Shown here piece by piece: positions 18,150 through 27,556 of a stretch of DNA of 60,529 bases; within the stretch, counting starts at the first letter, position 1; the number at the start of each line of letters is the position of its first letter. The DNA comes from Bacteroidia bacterium (GTDB lineage Bacteria > Bacteroidota > Bacteroidia > J057 > JADKCL01). Under the pieces are notes generated by a model. That model ran no database searches. It saw only the letters and a program-made list of their open reading frames with translations, and was not told where the DNA came from. A program made the position numbers and the translations under genes. The stretch spans positions 1 through 60,529 of the forward strand of contig JBFGVE010000003.1 of the NCBI GenBank assembly GCA_041565275.1, written 5' to 3'.

Positions 18150-19610
18150 TCACGTTCGGTGGGATATTCGATTTCGGTACCATTCATCTACACGTATCAC
18201 CTCGTGTCCTAATGGAATCCATTCGATCTCCTCAAGTACTTTCAATCTTATTATTGCTTCTTCCAAAGGCTCTTCTTCGAAAAAATGGATACTTGCATGG
18301 CGCAGCAGGTGGTAAATGGCTAAGTCCCTTTTTGATACTTCATGTTTGCTGACATGTTTCCGCATAGATTCTACACGCGATTCTGCCCATTCATATTGCT
18401 TCATCTCTACCAATGCCATGACTTCAAATATCCGCAATCCGATTCCCCAGCCTCTTTTGTCAGCGTATAGTTGGGTGATCGGTTGCAATTTCCGCCATGC
18501 ATCACTGGCCCTTCCCTCACGAAAGGCTATGCAAGCATCAAGATAGGTATGCATCCCTATGATTGAGAGTCTTTTCTGAAACTGCGGAAACGCTTTGAGC
18601 TCCTCTAAGGTCTTCATTTCCTTCCTGGCCTTTTTATACTCACCATTGTAGATCAGGGCGTACAGCAGCGCAGTGGTGATGGAAAACAAGGACATGCTCT
18701 CTGGTTGTGTAAATTTCCTTGCCTTCTCTAGATACCCGATCGCTTCAGTAAAATGACCGAATCTTAGACAGAGGTTCCCTTGTTGCACGTAAGGTTCAGA
18801 CCGTCTCTGCCAAGTTCTCAGACCGGTGTGTTTATCAAGTAACGCGATGGATGCCAAAGCACTTCTCTGTCCAGCTTCAAAATCATTTGTCAAAAGGGCC
18901 TTTTGAATGCTAAGAAGATGAAAATAGTATTCACCTCGGATACTGTGGTTCTCTTCCAACATTTTATGGAGCGCTGGGAGGTGTTTTTGCAAATAAGCCA
19001 ACTTCTCAGAGGCAATCCCCGACAGGTTCATATACTCATGCAAGTAGCCGTGGTAGATTCCTATAGCTTCGACATCAGTTAACGATGCCCTCTGGGCTCG
19101 GTGAAGGGCCTCATTAATCTCTTGGTAACTATCATCATTGGTTCGAAAATTCCCCCTCAACCGAAGTAAAACATCCGTTTCGAGTTCAGTTGCACAACAA
19201 TTATTAGCCAGATTTCGGGCATTCCTGAGGTGGGCTACACCCAATTCACTGGCTCCCATACCGAATAATACTTGGGCGATAAGCATGTGCTTACGGTAAA
19301 GTATAAGGTCATGAGAATAGGGCATTTCTTTATCGTACTTTGTAAGACCAGTGTTCAGACTAGAGGCTAGAAATTCTATCAGGCGTTCATAGAGTCGGCC
19401 ACGTAACATCAGAAAGGCCTTGGACTTAGAATCCCCATAGAGCTTCTTTGACGCTTCTGCAGAAGTTATCTCTGGGTTTAGTTCGATCATTCGCAGATAT
19501 TTCTGCTGCTTGTCCTCATGCTTTCCCCGATGAAATAGGTCTAAATATCTTTTGTACGTATTCTTTTGCCTGGTTGTTAATTTGGCATACAACGATTTCA
19601 AGCGGTCCAT
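18150..19610 (-). CDS. Cytoplasmic all-helical (TPR-like) hypothetical protein
   Basis: 486-aa ORF, no signal peptide, basic N-terminal helical domain (LYAKLTTRQKNTYKRYL) followed by TPR-like helices. Confidence 0.7.
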   Translation of the reverse strand: MDRLKSLYAKLTTRQKNTYKRYLDLFHRGKHEDKQQKYLRMIELNPEITSAEASKKLYGDSKSKAFLMLRGRLYERLIEFLASSLNTGLTKYDKEMPYSHDLILYRKHMLIAQVLFGMGASELGVAHLRNARNLANNCCATELETDVLLRLRGNFRTNDDSYQEINEALHRAQRASLTDVEAIGIYHGYLHEYMNLSGIASEKLAYLQKHLPALHKMLEENHSIRGEYYFHLLSIQKALLTNDFEAGQRSALASIALLDKHTGLRTWQRRSEPYVQQGNLCLRFGHFTEAIGYLEKARKFTQPESMSLFSITTALLYALIYNGEYKKARKEMKTLEELKAFPQFQKRLSIIGMHTYLDACIAFREGRASDAWRKLQPITQLYADKRGWGIGLRIFEVMALVEMKQYEWAESRVESMRKHVSKHEVSKRDLAIYHLLRHASIHFFEEEPLEEAIIRLKVLEEIEWIPLGHEVIRVDEWYRNRISHRT

Positions 19611-19703
19611 TGCGGAAGGAATTTAGCGGAAATTAGGGAAAAGAATGCCTTAGGACAAACGGATAAAATTGCATTCGAATCACCGATACGATTAATTTGC
19701 TCT

Positions 19704-20420
19704 ATGGAATCTGGAACGTTGTACATTATCTCTACCCCCATTGGCAATCTGGAAGATATCACTCTTCGGGCCTTGAGGATTATTAAGGAGATCAGTGTAC
19801 TTGCTTGCGAGGACACGAGAGTGACTATCAACCTACTACAAAAACACGAAATTCCTTGCCCCCCAAAAGTATTCAGTTATCATGATCACAACGAAGTGAT
19901 AGCCGCTAGGCGGATCGTTGGCTTTCTGAAGGATGGGGTTAATGTTGGACTTTGCTCTGATGCGGGGACACCGGGCATCAGCGACCCAGGTTTCCGGGCT
20001 ATATCCGCTGCAGTTTCTGAAGGCTTTCGGGTAGAGATCATTCCTGGACCTAGTGCCACAACTTCTGCTTTGCTTCTCTCTGGTCTTCCCAGTTCCAGCT
20101 TCACTTTCAAGGGATTTCCTCCACGAAAAAGCGGTCAACGGAAACGGTTCTTTACAGAGGAAGCGGATTTACCTCACACGTTGATTTTTTATGAGTCCAA
20201 GTTTAGGATTGTCAAGTGTTTGCAAGATGTATTGTCGGTTATGGGGAACCGTCAAGTGGCAGTTTGCCTTGAATTGACCAAGAAGTTTGAAAGGGTCCAT
20301 CGTGGGTATTTATCCGATGTAATTGCAGAATTGGAAGTGCTGACTATCAGGGGAGAGATAACGGTAGTAGTCGCTGGTAATCATCCCAAGTTCATCCGGG
20401 CTGATAATCCAGGAAAGTGA
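19704..20420 (+). CDS. rsmI: 16S rRNA (cytidine1402-2'-O)-methyltransferase
   Basis: LYIISTPIGNLEDITLRAL, ACEDTR, SDAGTPGISDPG, IPGPSA, F(K)GFPPRK, FYES, ELTKKFE. Confidence 0.96.
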   Translation: MESGTLYIISTPIGNLEDITLRALRIIKEISVLACEDTRVTINLLQKHEIPCPPKVFSYHDHNEVIAARRIVGFLKDGVNVGLCSDAGTPGISDPGFRAISAAVSEGFRVEIIPGPSATTSALLLSGLPSSSFTFKGFPPRKSGQRKRFFTEEADLPHTLIFYESKFRIVKCLQDVLSVMGNRQVAVCLELTKKFERVHRGYLSDVIAELEVLTIRGEITVVVAGNHPKFIRADNPGK

Positions 20421-20535
20421 CATATTTGTATGAAAATAAATTCAGATTAGGTTTTGGGAAAATCGCTGATTTAATTGATCGTAGTATTGTGTACGATGAA
20501 ACCTAGGATTTTTCTTTGCTTCCAAACAAAAAAAG

Positions 20536-21075
20536 ATGACAAATCTCAAAATTGGGATACTAACGGTATCAGACCGTGCTTTTAAGGGAATATACCAAGA
20601 TCTTTCCGGTAAGGCGGTTGCAACTGCTCTCAATGATTATATAGGTTGCTCATGGGAAGAAGTTTATCGGTTGGTACCAGATGAACAGGATCAGATTGAG
20701 GCGATGTTAGTGGAGTTGGCAGATGTAGAGGGCTGTTCTCTTGTTATTACAACAGGTGGTACTGGTCCGGCCCCACGCGATGTGACCCCTGAAGCCACAG
20801 AAGCCATTTGTGAAAAAATGATGCCCGGATTTGGAGAACTAATGCGGACCACCAGTTTGCAATATGTCCCTACTGCAATTCTCTCTCGGCAGACTGCAGG
20901 CATCCGCGGTAAATCATTGTTTATCAACCTTCCCGGAGCACCCAAAGCTATCCGTGAATGCTTGGATGCAGTATTCCCGGCAGTTCCTTACTGCATTGAT
21001 TTGATTGGAGGCCCTTATCTAGAGACTCGGGAGTCTGTCATTAAAGCTTTTCGACCTAAAAAGAAAAAGCCTTAA
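20536..21075 (+). CDS. mog: Molybdopterin adenylyltransferase
   Basis: LTVSDRA, TTGGTGPAPRDVTPEAT, PGFGELMR, AILSRQTAGIRG, INLPGAPKAIRECL. Confidence 0.95.
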   Translation: MTNLKIGILTVSDRAFKGIYQDLSGKAVATALNDYIGCSWEEVYRLVPDEQDQIEAMLVELADVEGCSLVITTGGTGPAPRDVTPEATEAICEKMMPGFGELMRTTSLQYVPTAILSRQTAGIRGKSLFINLPGAPKAIRECLDAVFPAVPYCIDLIGGPYLETRESVIKAFRPKKKKP

Positions 21076-21117
21076 TTAGCACGCAGAACCATAGAAAACT
21101 TTTAAAATGCTATATCT

Positions 21118-22089
21118 GTGGTAAAATCTATTTCCTTTATTCTTCTGGTGATTTCTCTTCACAACCTCTTGGGCTGTGGTTGGGATGACGACAGAGAGTA
21201 TGAAATCCACACTCGTGCCTCTTTTCTTGTAACACAAGATCCGGCAACAGGCTTAAGAAAGGTCTGGCGATATGAAGCCGGGATTCTAATAGAAGGATGG
21301 AATCGGGAAATGGGTGTGTCTGACACAGGATTTAGCGGCTTGGAATACATTGACGGAGAATTGTGGATGGGAGATGCATCAGGAAGGCAGATCCTCCGCA
21401 TTGAACCCTCCAATGATAAAGTCCTGAAACGCTTTGGGGATCTTCCCGTCCGGCCCCATTTCTTTTCGGTGGGTGAGCGCTTTATCCTTATCAGTGATAC
21501 CATAACCGACCAATTGGCCTTCATTCGGATTCGCAATGGAGAGTTAATTATTACAGAGTTTAGCGGTGAATCCGGTCCGGCTATACACAACAATCGCCTC
21601 TTTTTTCTGCAGGTAGGGAATGTAGGTTTGCATGTCATTGACGAATGGGCCCTCACCCCCCGCAATGAAAATCGCTTTTCTTTCACCATTATGGAAATTC
21701 AGTTTAACCGGCTCAAAAACGTCTATTTAACTATGAAAAATGATGTTGGAGATGATTATTCGGGCTTGATTTCCGGCACAGATGGCTCCATCGCCCGAGA
21801 AGGTGCCCCCGTGAACTATCAAAAAATCAGGTATTCTCCTTACCTTGAGGCTCGTTTTGGTTCTGAATGGCTCAGCGATCTACGCCTTAGCAACAACACT
21901 CTGAGCAGCGGTGCCATCATATTTCCGGATTCCATGACCAACTTTGAGGTTGATTTTTTCGAAAGTCGCCTTTTTTATAGTTGGCGAAATACCCTCTACT
22001 ATTACGATATGAATACTCAGGTTCGCCTGGATTCGTTCGAGTTCCCAGATCATTTGATCGAAAGTGTATATTGGGTTGCTGGGAACTAG
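21118..22089 (+). CDS. Hypothetical lipoprotein, beta-rich (propeller-like)
   Basis: Lipobox LLG-C followed by acidic WDDDRE (surface-export-like); beta-strand repeats. GTG start uncertain. Confidence 0.6.
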   Translation: MVKSISFILLVISLHNLLGCGWDDDREYEIHTRASFLVTQDPATGLRKVWRYEAGILIEGWNREMGVSDTGFSGLEYIDGELWMGDASGRQILRIEPSNDKVLKRFGDLPVRPHFFSVGERFILISDTITDQLAFIRIRNGELIITEFSGESGPAIHNNRLFFLQVGNVGLHVIDEWALTPRNENRFSFTIMEIQFNRLKNVYLTMKNDVGDDYSGLISGTDGSIAREGAPVNYQKIRYSPYLEARFGSEWLSDLRLSNNTLSSGAIIFPDSMTNFEVDFFESRLFYSWRNTLYYYDMNTQVRLDSFEFPDHLIESVYWVAGN

Positions 22090-22299
22090 GGGGCCTTATT
22101 ATTTTTACAAATTTTGAGGCTGTTGCACCGCCTGGTTGTCTAATCTATCCGTTGAGCCGTCGACAGATCGAACCCAACAAGTTGATCAGTAAAGATTCGA
22201 TATTTAGTTGAGCAAATTTTTAGTTGTCAGGAACGGTGGTTCAATGCTGTGGAAAGCTCTAGGGATGGTCAGAGATTCTCATCTACTCACACAAATTCC

Positions 22300-22307
22300 T
22301 ATCTTTA
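22300..22307 (+). promoter_or_regulatory. Putative -7 promoter element
   Basis: TATCTTTA, 16 nt before ATG 22324; supports that start over GTG 22249. Confidence 0.4.
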
Positions 22308-22323
22308 CACAAAGTTAGTGCCA

Positions 22324-23490
22324 ATGAATCCATGCGGGAGATTACGGGCTTGTTTACTTTTGACTGGATGTTTGGTTTGGAGTGTCGTCTATCCCAAATC
22401 CCTTTCTGCGCAAAACATACCTGCATCAATTGTTTTTGTCGAAGGCTACGATGCAGAAGAAAATGTCCAGAGTCGGGCCTTGGGAGTTGTAGTGAAGAAG
22501 GGGTTTGTAGCAGTCAACTACCATGCAGTGGCAGGAATGGCCTCGATAGGTATCATTGAGCAGCAGAAGCCGCAAAAGATTGTCAGTGAAGGCTATCTTT
22601 CTGTTGAAGAGGCTAGGGATCTGATCGTGATCGCTGCTCCAGGGATTGAATCTCCCCCAGCCACCTTTAGTACGCTTAATTTTCCTATAGATGGGGATAA
22701 AGTCACCCTCTTTTCCAATCCCGAAACACGTCGGGTCAAACCCGCAAGTGCTAAAGTGATGGGCAGCAAGGAATTGTTGGAATACTTCCTCCCGCAACTG
22801 CTTTCCAGGCAGACGGAAGATTGTACAAGCGGTCCGATATTCAAGGATGACAAATTTGTTGGTTTTGTCGCCGCAGGCTATCTGGATGATCAATTCTATG
22901 CTTATGCTATTCCTGCCTTTGAACTCAGCCGGATTCTCAACCGTAGCTTTATAATTAAGGCTTTTAATTCGCTCGATGAACTGCAACCCATTGAGAGTAG
23001 CTATTTTCAGAAAAATCTGATGGAAAATCTGAATTCTGTACTTTGGAAATCACTAGAAGATGCGGAACGGCTGGCACGTAAAAACTCGAAGATGATACTC
23101 ATTGATGTTTCATCGGAATGGTCAGGATGGTCCAAACTGATGAGGAAAAATACCTATACCAGCAAAAAGATTATACGGTACATTAACGAAAATTATTATG
23201 CGGTCCGCCTCAATGCAGAGAGTCGAGAGCCTATCGTCTTAAACAAATTGACATACCAAGGTGCCAGCGAGGGCAGTTATCACAGCTTGGCCTACTCTTT
23301 GCTGGAAGGGAATATGGAGTTTCCGTCCACTGTGATCGTGGACGAGGAGATAAATGTCATAATGGTTATTCCGGGACAGATAGATACCCAAAAGCTGGAG
23401 GTCATTCTCCATTATTTTAAGGAAAAGGTCTACTTGGACAAGAGGAAAACATTCCAAGACTATGAACGGAATTTCCATGCGATATACTAA
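22324..23490 (+). CDS. Exported trypsin-like domain + thioredoxin-like (DUF255-type) fusion, both active sites degenerate
   Basis: Signal peptide ending SLSAQ; NYHAV (His), RDLIVI (Asp), EDCTSGPIF in place of PGNSGGPL; thioredoxin IDVSSEWSGWSKLM in place of WCGWC; EGNMEFPSTVI cis-Pro loop. Confidence 0.8.
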   Translation: MNPCGRLRACLLLTGCLVWSVVYPKSLSAQNIPASIVFVEGYDAEENVQSRALGVVVKKGFVAVNYHAVAGMASIGIIEQQKPQKIVSEGYLSVEEARDLIVIAAPGIESPPATFSTLNFPIDGDKVTLFSNPETRRVKPASAKVMGSKELLEYFLPQLLSRQTEDCTSGPIFKDDKFVGFVAAGYLDDQFYAYAIPAFELSRILNRSFIIKAFNSLDELQPIESSYFQKNLMENLNSVLWKSLEDAERLARKNSKMILIDVSSEWSGWSKLMRKNTYTSKKIIRYINENYYAVRLNAESREPIVLNKLTYQGASEGSYHSLAYSLLEGNMEFPSTVIVDEEINVIMVIPGQIDTQKLEVILHYFKEKVYLDKRKTFQDYERNFHAIY

Positions 23491-23524
23491 TAAGGATCAA
23501 AATTGATTCAGGAGAGATTGAGTT

Positions 23525-24166
23525 ATGGCAAGAAAAAATAAACCAAAGGAAAAAGAGATGGCAGAAAACCCGAAGTTTACCTCAGAAGAAGTAGAATCTG
23601 CTGATAATCAGCACGAAAAAGAGAAAGAAAACGGTGAAACGGTAGAAGAAAATACAATTAATGAGAGCAATGTTGGGGTCGGTAATGGGCCATTGGACGA
23701 AGTAAGCCTGTTGAAAATACGATTGGAAACGGTTCAGAAAGAAGCGGTGGAATTCAGAGAAAAACATGTCCGATTGATGGCAGAATTTGATAACTTCCGT
23801 AAGCGGACCCGCCGTGAAACAGAAAATTTTCGTGAATACGCCAACGAAGAGATGATGACAGCTCTTTTGCCAGTGGTGGATGACTTTACACGCACCATGA
23901 CTGCCATGGAGGAGACTGACAATCTGGCATCCCTGAAGGAAGGGATAAGCCTTGTTAATGGAAAGCTGTGGAACATTCTGGAGAAAAAGGGACTAAAGAC
24001 CTTAAATCCACTGGGAGAGGTGTTTGACATGGAATACCACGAAGCCATTCACAGTCTCCCAGTAGAAGAGGAGGAAAAGAAGGGTATCGTACTAGATGTG
24101 GTTGAAAAAGGTTATCAACTTAAGGACAAGGTCATTCGGTATGCTAAGGTAGTAGTAGGAGAATAA
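23525..24166 (+). CDS. grpE: Nucleotide exchange factor GrpE
   Basis: RLMAEFDNFRKRT, LLPVVDDF, FDMEYHEAI, KGYQLKDKVIRYAKVVV. Confidence 0.97.
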   Translation: MARKNKPKEKEMAENPKFTSEEVESADNQHEKEKENGETVEENTINESNVGVGNGPLDEVSLLKIRLETVQKEAVEFREKHVRLMAEFDNFRKRTRRETENFREYANEEMMTALLPVVDDFTRTMTAMEETDNLASLKEGISLVNGKLWNILEKKGLKTLNPLGEVFDMEYHEAIHSLPVEEEEKKGIVLDVVEKGYQLKDKVIRYAKVVVGE

Positions 24167-24168
24167 AT

Positions 24169-25329
24169 ATGTCTAAAAGAGATTATTACGACGTACTGGG
24201 CATCAGCAAAAGTGCTGAACAGAGCGAAATCAAGAAGGCCTATCGCAAGATAGCTATGAAATACCACCCTGATAAAAATCCTGGTGATGCCAAGGCAGAA
24301 GAAAAATTCAAGGAAGCCGCTGCAGCTTATGATGTTCTTAGCAACGAGGACAAGAAGGCCCGTTATGATCGCTTCGGTCATGCAGGTCTTGATGGCGGCA
24401 GTGGTGGAAGCTATTCTTCTGTAAATGTGGAGGATATCTTCTCTCGATTCTCCGATATATTTGGCGGCAATGGAGGTGGAAATCCTTTCGATAGTTTCTT
24501 TGGGAGTGGTGGGGGTAGCCGTCGTCGCGCCCGTGGGCAGCGTGGTTCTGACCTCCGTGTAAAAGTCAGGCTCACCATGGAAGAAGTCTTCCAAGGCGTT
24601 GAGAAGAAAATCAAACTGCGTCGTATGACAACTTGCGAGGTTTGTGATGGAGCAGGAGCTGAAAGCCAAAGTGATTTTCAAACTTGCGGGACTTGTAATG
24701 GGACTGGAGAGTTGCGTCGTCAAGCTGGCGGAGGTTTCTTTCAGCAAATCGTTGTGACTGCTTGTCCCACTTGCCAGGGTGAGGGACGCACCCTTTCCAA
24801 GGCTTGTAAAGGTTGTTCGGGTGAAGGACGGGTTGAAACTACAGAAGTGGTTGAAATTCCAATTCCAGCAGGTATCTCCGAAGGTATGCAACTAACCATG
24901 CGTGGCAAAGGCCATGCCGGACGTCGGGGCGGCTCGGCAGGTGATCTCCAGATTCTTATCGAAGAAACTCCACACGAATCGTTTTCTCGAGATGGTGACA
25001 ATGTTGTTTATGAACTGTTCATCAGTTTCCCTGATGCTGTCCTTGGCCGCAGCGTAGAAGTACCCACCCTGAGTGGTAAAACCCGTTTCAAGGTCTCTCC
25101 TGGTACTCAATCCGGCAAAGTATTTCGCCTCAAAGGCAAAGGTATTCCCAATGTCAACGGTTACGGTTCCGGCGACCAACTTATTCAGGTGATGGTTTGG
25201 ATTCCCAAGAACCTAAGTAATAAAGAGCGGACTCAATTAGAAGCAATGCGAGATTCTGATAACTTCCAACCGAATCCAACGGGTTTAGAAAAGGGGTTCT
25301 TCTCCCGTTTGCGAGACATGTTTTCCTGA
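24169..25329 (+). CDS. dnaJ: Chaperone DnaJ
   Basis: J domain with HPD, G/F region, four CxxCxGxG repeats, C-terminal GDLQI...GDNV. Confidence 0.98.
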   Translation: MSKRDYYDVLGISKSAEQSEIKKAYRKIAMKYHPDKNPGDAKAEEKFKEAAAAYDVLSNEDKKARYDRFGHAGLDGGSGGSYSSVNVEDIFSRFSDIFGGNGGGNPFDSFFGSGGGSRRRARGQRGSDLRVKVRLTMEEVFQGVEKKIKLRRMTTCEVCDGAGAESQSDFQTCGTCNGTGELRRQAGGGFFQQIVVTACPTCQGEGRTLSKACKGCSGEGRVETTEVVEIPIPAGISEGMQLTMRGKGHAGRRGGSAGDLQILIEETPHESFSRDGDNVVYELFISFPDAVLGRSVEVPTLSGKTRFKVSPGTQSGKVFRLKGKGIPNVNGYGSGDQLIQVMVWIPKNLSNKERTQLEAMRDSDNFQPNPTGLEKGFFSRLRDMFS

Positions 25330-25426
25330 TCGTTGATCAACGCTGGGTACTCTGAAAAATGCTGTAGGTATTACAACTGGAATTCTCCTCCTTATGTTTA
25401 GTATTGTCCCTGTGAGTTTGAACAGT

Positions 25427-27283
25427 TTACAACTGGTCTAGAAACTCCCGGAGGGCTTTTTGATTCTGCCTCGCTTGCTCATAAAATGGGTCTTTGGCAA
25501 GTGCAGCACTAAAAAGTGAATCAGCTATTTGATAATTCCCAGTATTCATCTCTATGAACCCAAGGTTGGTGAGGAGGCTCTTATCAAAAGGTTTAATAAT
25601 CAGGCATTCGCGGAATATCTGACCTGCCTTGGCCAAAGCGGATGCTGGATCAATTCCAGAGTTGGAAGCATGGACTTGCTTTAAAGTCAACAAGCCTATT
25701 TTCTGGCCCGCTGGGGTTAGGTAAGTATTGGTCTGGTAGGCACGTTCATAAAAGGAAATGGCCCCTCTGATATTTCCCATGCCTTCCAGAATCTCCCCTT
25801 TTTGATAAAGTCGCCAAGGATCATTGGGATCAGTTGTCAAGGCCTGATCGATCTCATCCAAAGCTGCTTCAAGGTTGCCTTGGTAAAAAAATACCTTAGA
25901 CCGCTCAAAGTGGGAAGTGGGCGCAATCTCTTTAGCAGCACGGTCCAGGAATTCTGGCTTAGGATCGTTCCGTTCATAATGAAGAAGATAAGCTTTTCCA
26001 TACACATCGGGAGCAACCTTTTGGTTGGTCATGCAGACCAAGTCTACAAACTCTCGGACAGCGAGGGCCTCAACCGTATCATCTTTAACGATCCTAATCT
26101 TATGGTCTGAGAACAGGACATGTGGGATATCGCTGGTTCCCCTCTTAGGCATATGACAAGTCACACAATTTCCATTTTCAGCTGCTATCATCTCTTCTGA
26201 CAAGCCACAACCGGTCTTACCGTTTACACTATGGCAATTCATGCACTTCTCAACATAGACTTTTTGCCCGGTAATGGAGATGCTCTTATGTGGGTTGTGG
26301 CAGGTGGTACAATTAAGGCTGTCCTTGCTGTTAATGAAGCATTGGGACTCGCGTAGTCTCTCTGCATGGGAAGCAATGCCAAAGGCTTCTCCGTCAGCCA
26401 CCTTTTGAATAAAAATGTCATAAATTTGGTTCAGCGCCATGCCGGGACGGTAATCAACTACAGACTTATGGTTTCCCTTCAAAACATTGATTCCTTGTAA
26501 ATGGCACTGCTGGCAAATATCAAACTGCAAGCCAATAGGAAGATTGGCCGGGTTTACGATCGAATAGTCTATTTTTCGGCCTACATCAATCAGTTCTCCT
26601 CCTTCCTTAAGGAGTTTGTGAATTGATCCTGGGCCGTGGCATTTTTCACAGCCGATCCCCAGGCTGACTTCCCGGAATTGGTTTGTTGTACCCTCCCTAA
26701 AGTCAATATGTCCAGTATGACAAGCCATACATTCCTCGCCGATCTCACGGTCAAAACGGGTATTGAATCCATTTTCATATCCGGGGCTTAAGTCCCAACG
26801 CTGACCTTTAACATACCAAGTAATGGGTATTTCGTAGAAATGTTGGTTGCGTTCGATGAGATAAGAACGGGTTTGGTGGCCGGAACCGATAATATAATTG
26901 ACTTTCTCGATGCGTTTGTAGGTCGTATCATTGGCTGGACTCAGGCGAAATTCCAGAATGAGTAAATCATTGCCACTCCAATATGGATGGTAGTAGTAGC
27001 CTGAATGAGAATCAAATATGACCTCTTTTGGACCAAAGCGTTCTATAATTTCCGATCTGCTAGGTTGATAAAGCGATCGGCCCATCCCCGTTTGGAGATA
27101 GGATTGATAAATCTCTTTGTGGCACGGCTGGCAAGATTTCATACCCACATATTGAGCTTCTGGCCCGAGATTAAGGTAGGTATCAGGAGGATCAATGGTG
27201 GCAAAATCCCCTGTACAACTAGCAAACCAAGCCATTAGCATGAGGATTGCGAATCCGCTTAGATACAAATAGATAGGATGCAT
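25427..27283 (-). CDS. Multiheme (7 CxxCH) cytochrome c lipoprotein with C-terminal TPR domain
   Basis: Lipobox FAS-C; CQPCH, CMACH, CEKCH, CQQCH, CTTCH, CMNCH, CVTCH; TPR helices (YQKGEILEGMG, LTNLGFIEMNTG). A -7-like TATCTTTC lies at 27291-27298. Confidence 0.9.
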   Translation of the reverse strand: MHPIYLYLSGFAILMLMAWFASCTGDFATIDPPDTYLNLGPEAQYVGMKSCQPCHKEIYQSYLQTGMGRSLYQPSRSEIIERFGPKEVIFDSHSGYYYHPYWSGNDLLILEFRLSPANDTTYKRIEKVNYIIGSGHQTRSYLIERNQHFYEIPITWYVKGQRWDLSPGYENGFNTRFDREIGEECMACHTGHIDFREGTTNQFREVSLGIGCEKCHGPGSIHKLLKEGGELIDVGRKIDYSIVNPANLPIGLQFDICQQCHLQGINVLKGNHKSVVDYRPGMALNQIYDIFIQKVADGEAFGIASHAERLRESQCFINSKDSLNCTTCHNPHKSISITGQKVYVEKCMNCHSVNGKTGCGLSEEMIAAENGNCVTCHMPKRGTSDIPHVLFSDHKIRIVKDDTVEALAVREFVDLVCMTNQKVAPDVYGKAYLLHYERNDPKPEFLDRAAKEIAPTSHFERSKVFFYQGNLEAALDEIDQALTTDPNDPWRLYQKGEILEGMGNIRGAISFYERAYQTNTYLTPAGQKIGLLTLKQVHASNSGIDPASALAKAGQIFRECLIIKPFDKSLLTNLGFIEMNTGNYQIADSLFSAALAKDPFYEQARQNQKALREFLDQL

Positions 27284-27412
27284 TCGGAGTGAAAGATAAG
27301 GAAATAGGTTGGAACTTCCGGTGCCAAGGTCATTGGGGCCAATCCTTATCTTATAAGTCGTTTTAGTAGTGGTCCATCCTAGGGTCCTTCTCCAAGGTGC
27401 CTCTTTCCTCTC

Positions 27413-27556
27413 TTGATTAATTCAGCCTGACAATACAACAATTCCCTCATGATCAACGACCTGCGAGGCGACCTTGTTCTGGCACCACAACGTGTCAATG
27501 GTAACCGTGAAAATTGTGATGTCGAGCGTTTCCAGCGATCATGGGGTGGCAGTGAT
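27413..27556 (-). pseudogene. ISAs1-family transposase relic (48 codons, two in-frame stops)
   Basis: Hand translation ITATP*SLETLDITIFTVTIDTLWCQNKVASQVVDHEGIVVLSG*INQ aligns by eye with the ISAs1 core EITAIPxLLxxLDIxGxIVTIDAMGCQxxIAxQIxxxGGDYVLxVKxNQ. Confidence 0.75.

Noticed and set aside
24115-24891. 258-aa antisense ORF over dnaJ (also 24892-25179, 23734-24048)
   Set aside because: Typical antisense shadow of a highly conserved, codon-biased gene; no protein-like features.
25331-25342. Perfect 12-bp palindrome CGTTGATCAACG just after dnaJ
   Set aside because: No loop or U-tract for a terminator; a single such palindrome is expected by chance in 60 kb.
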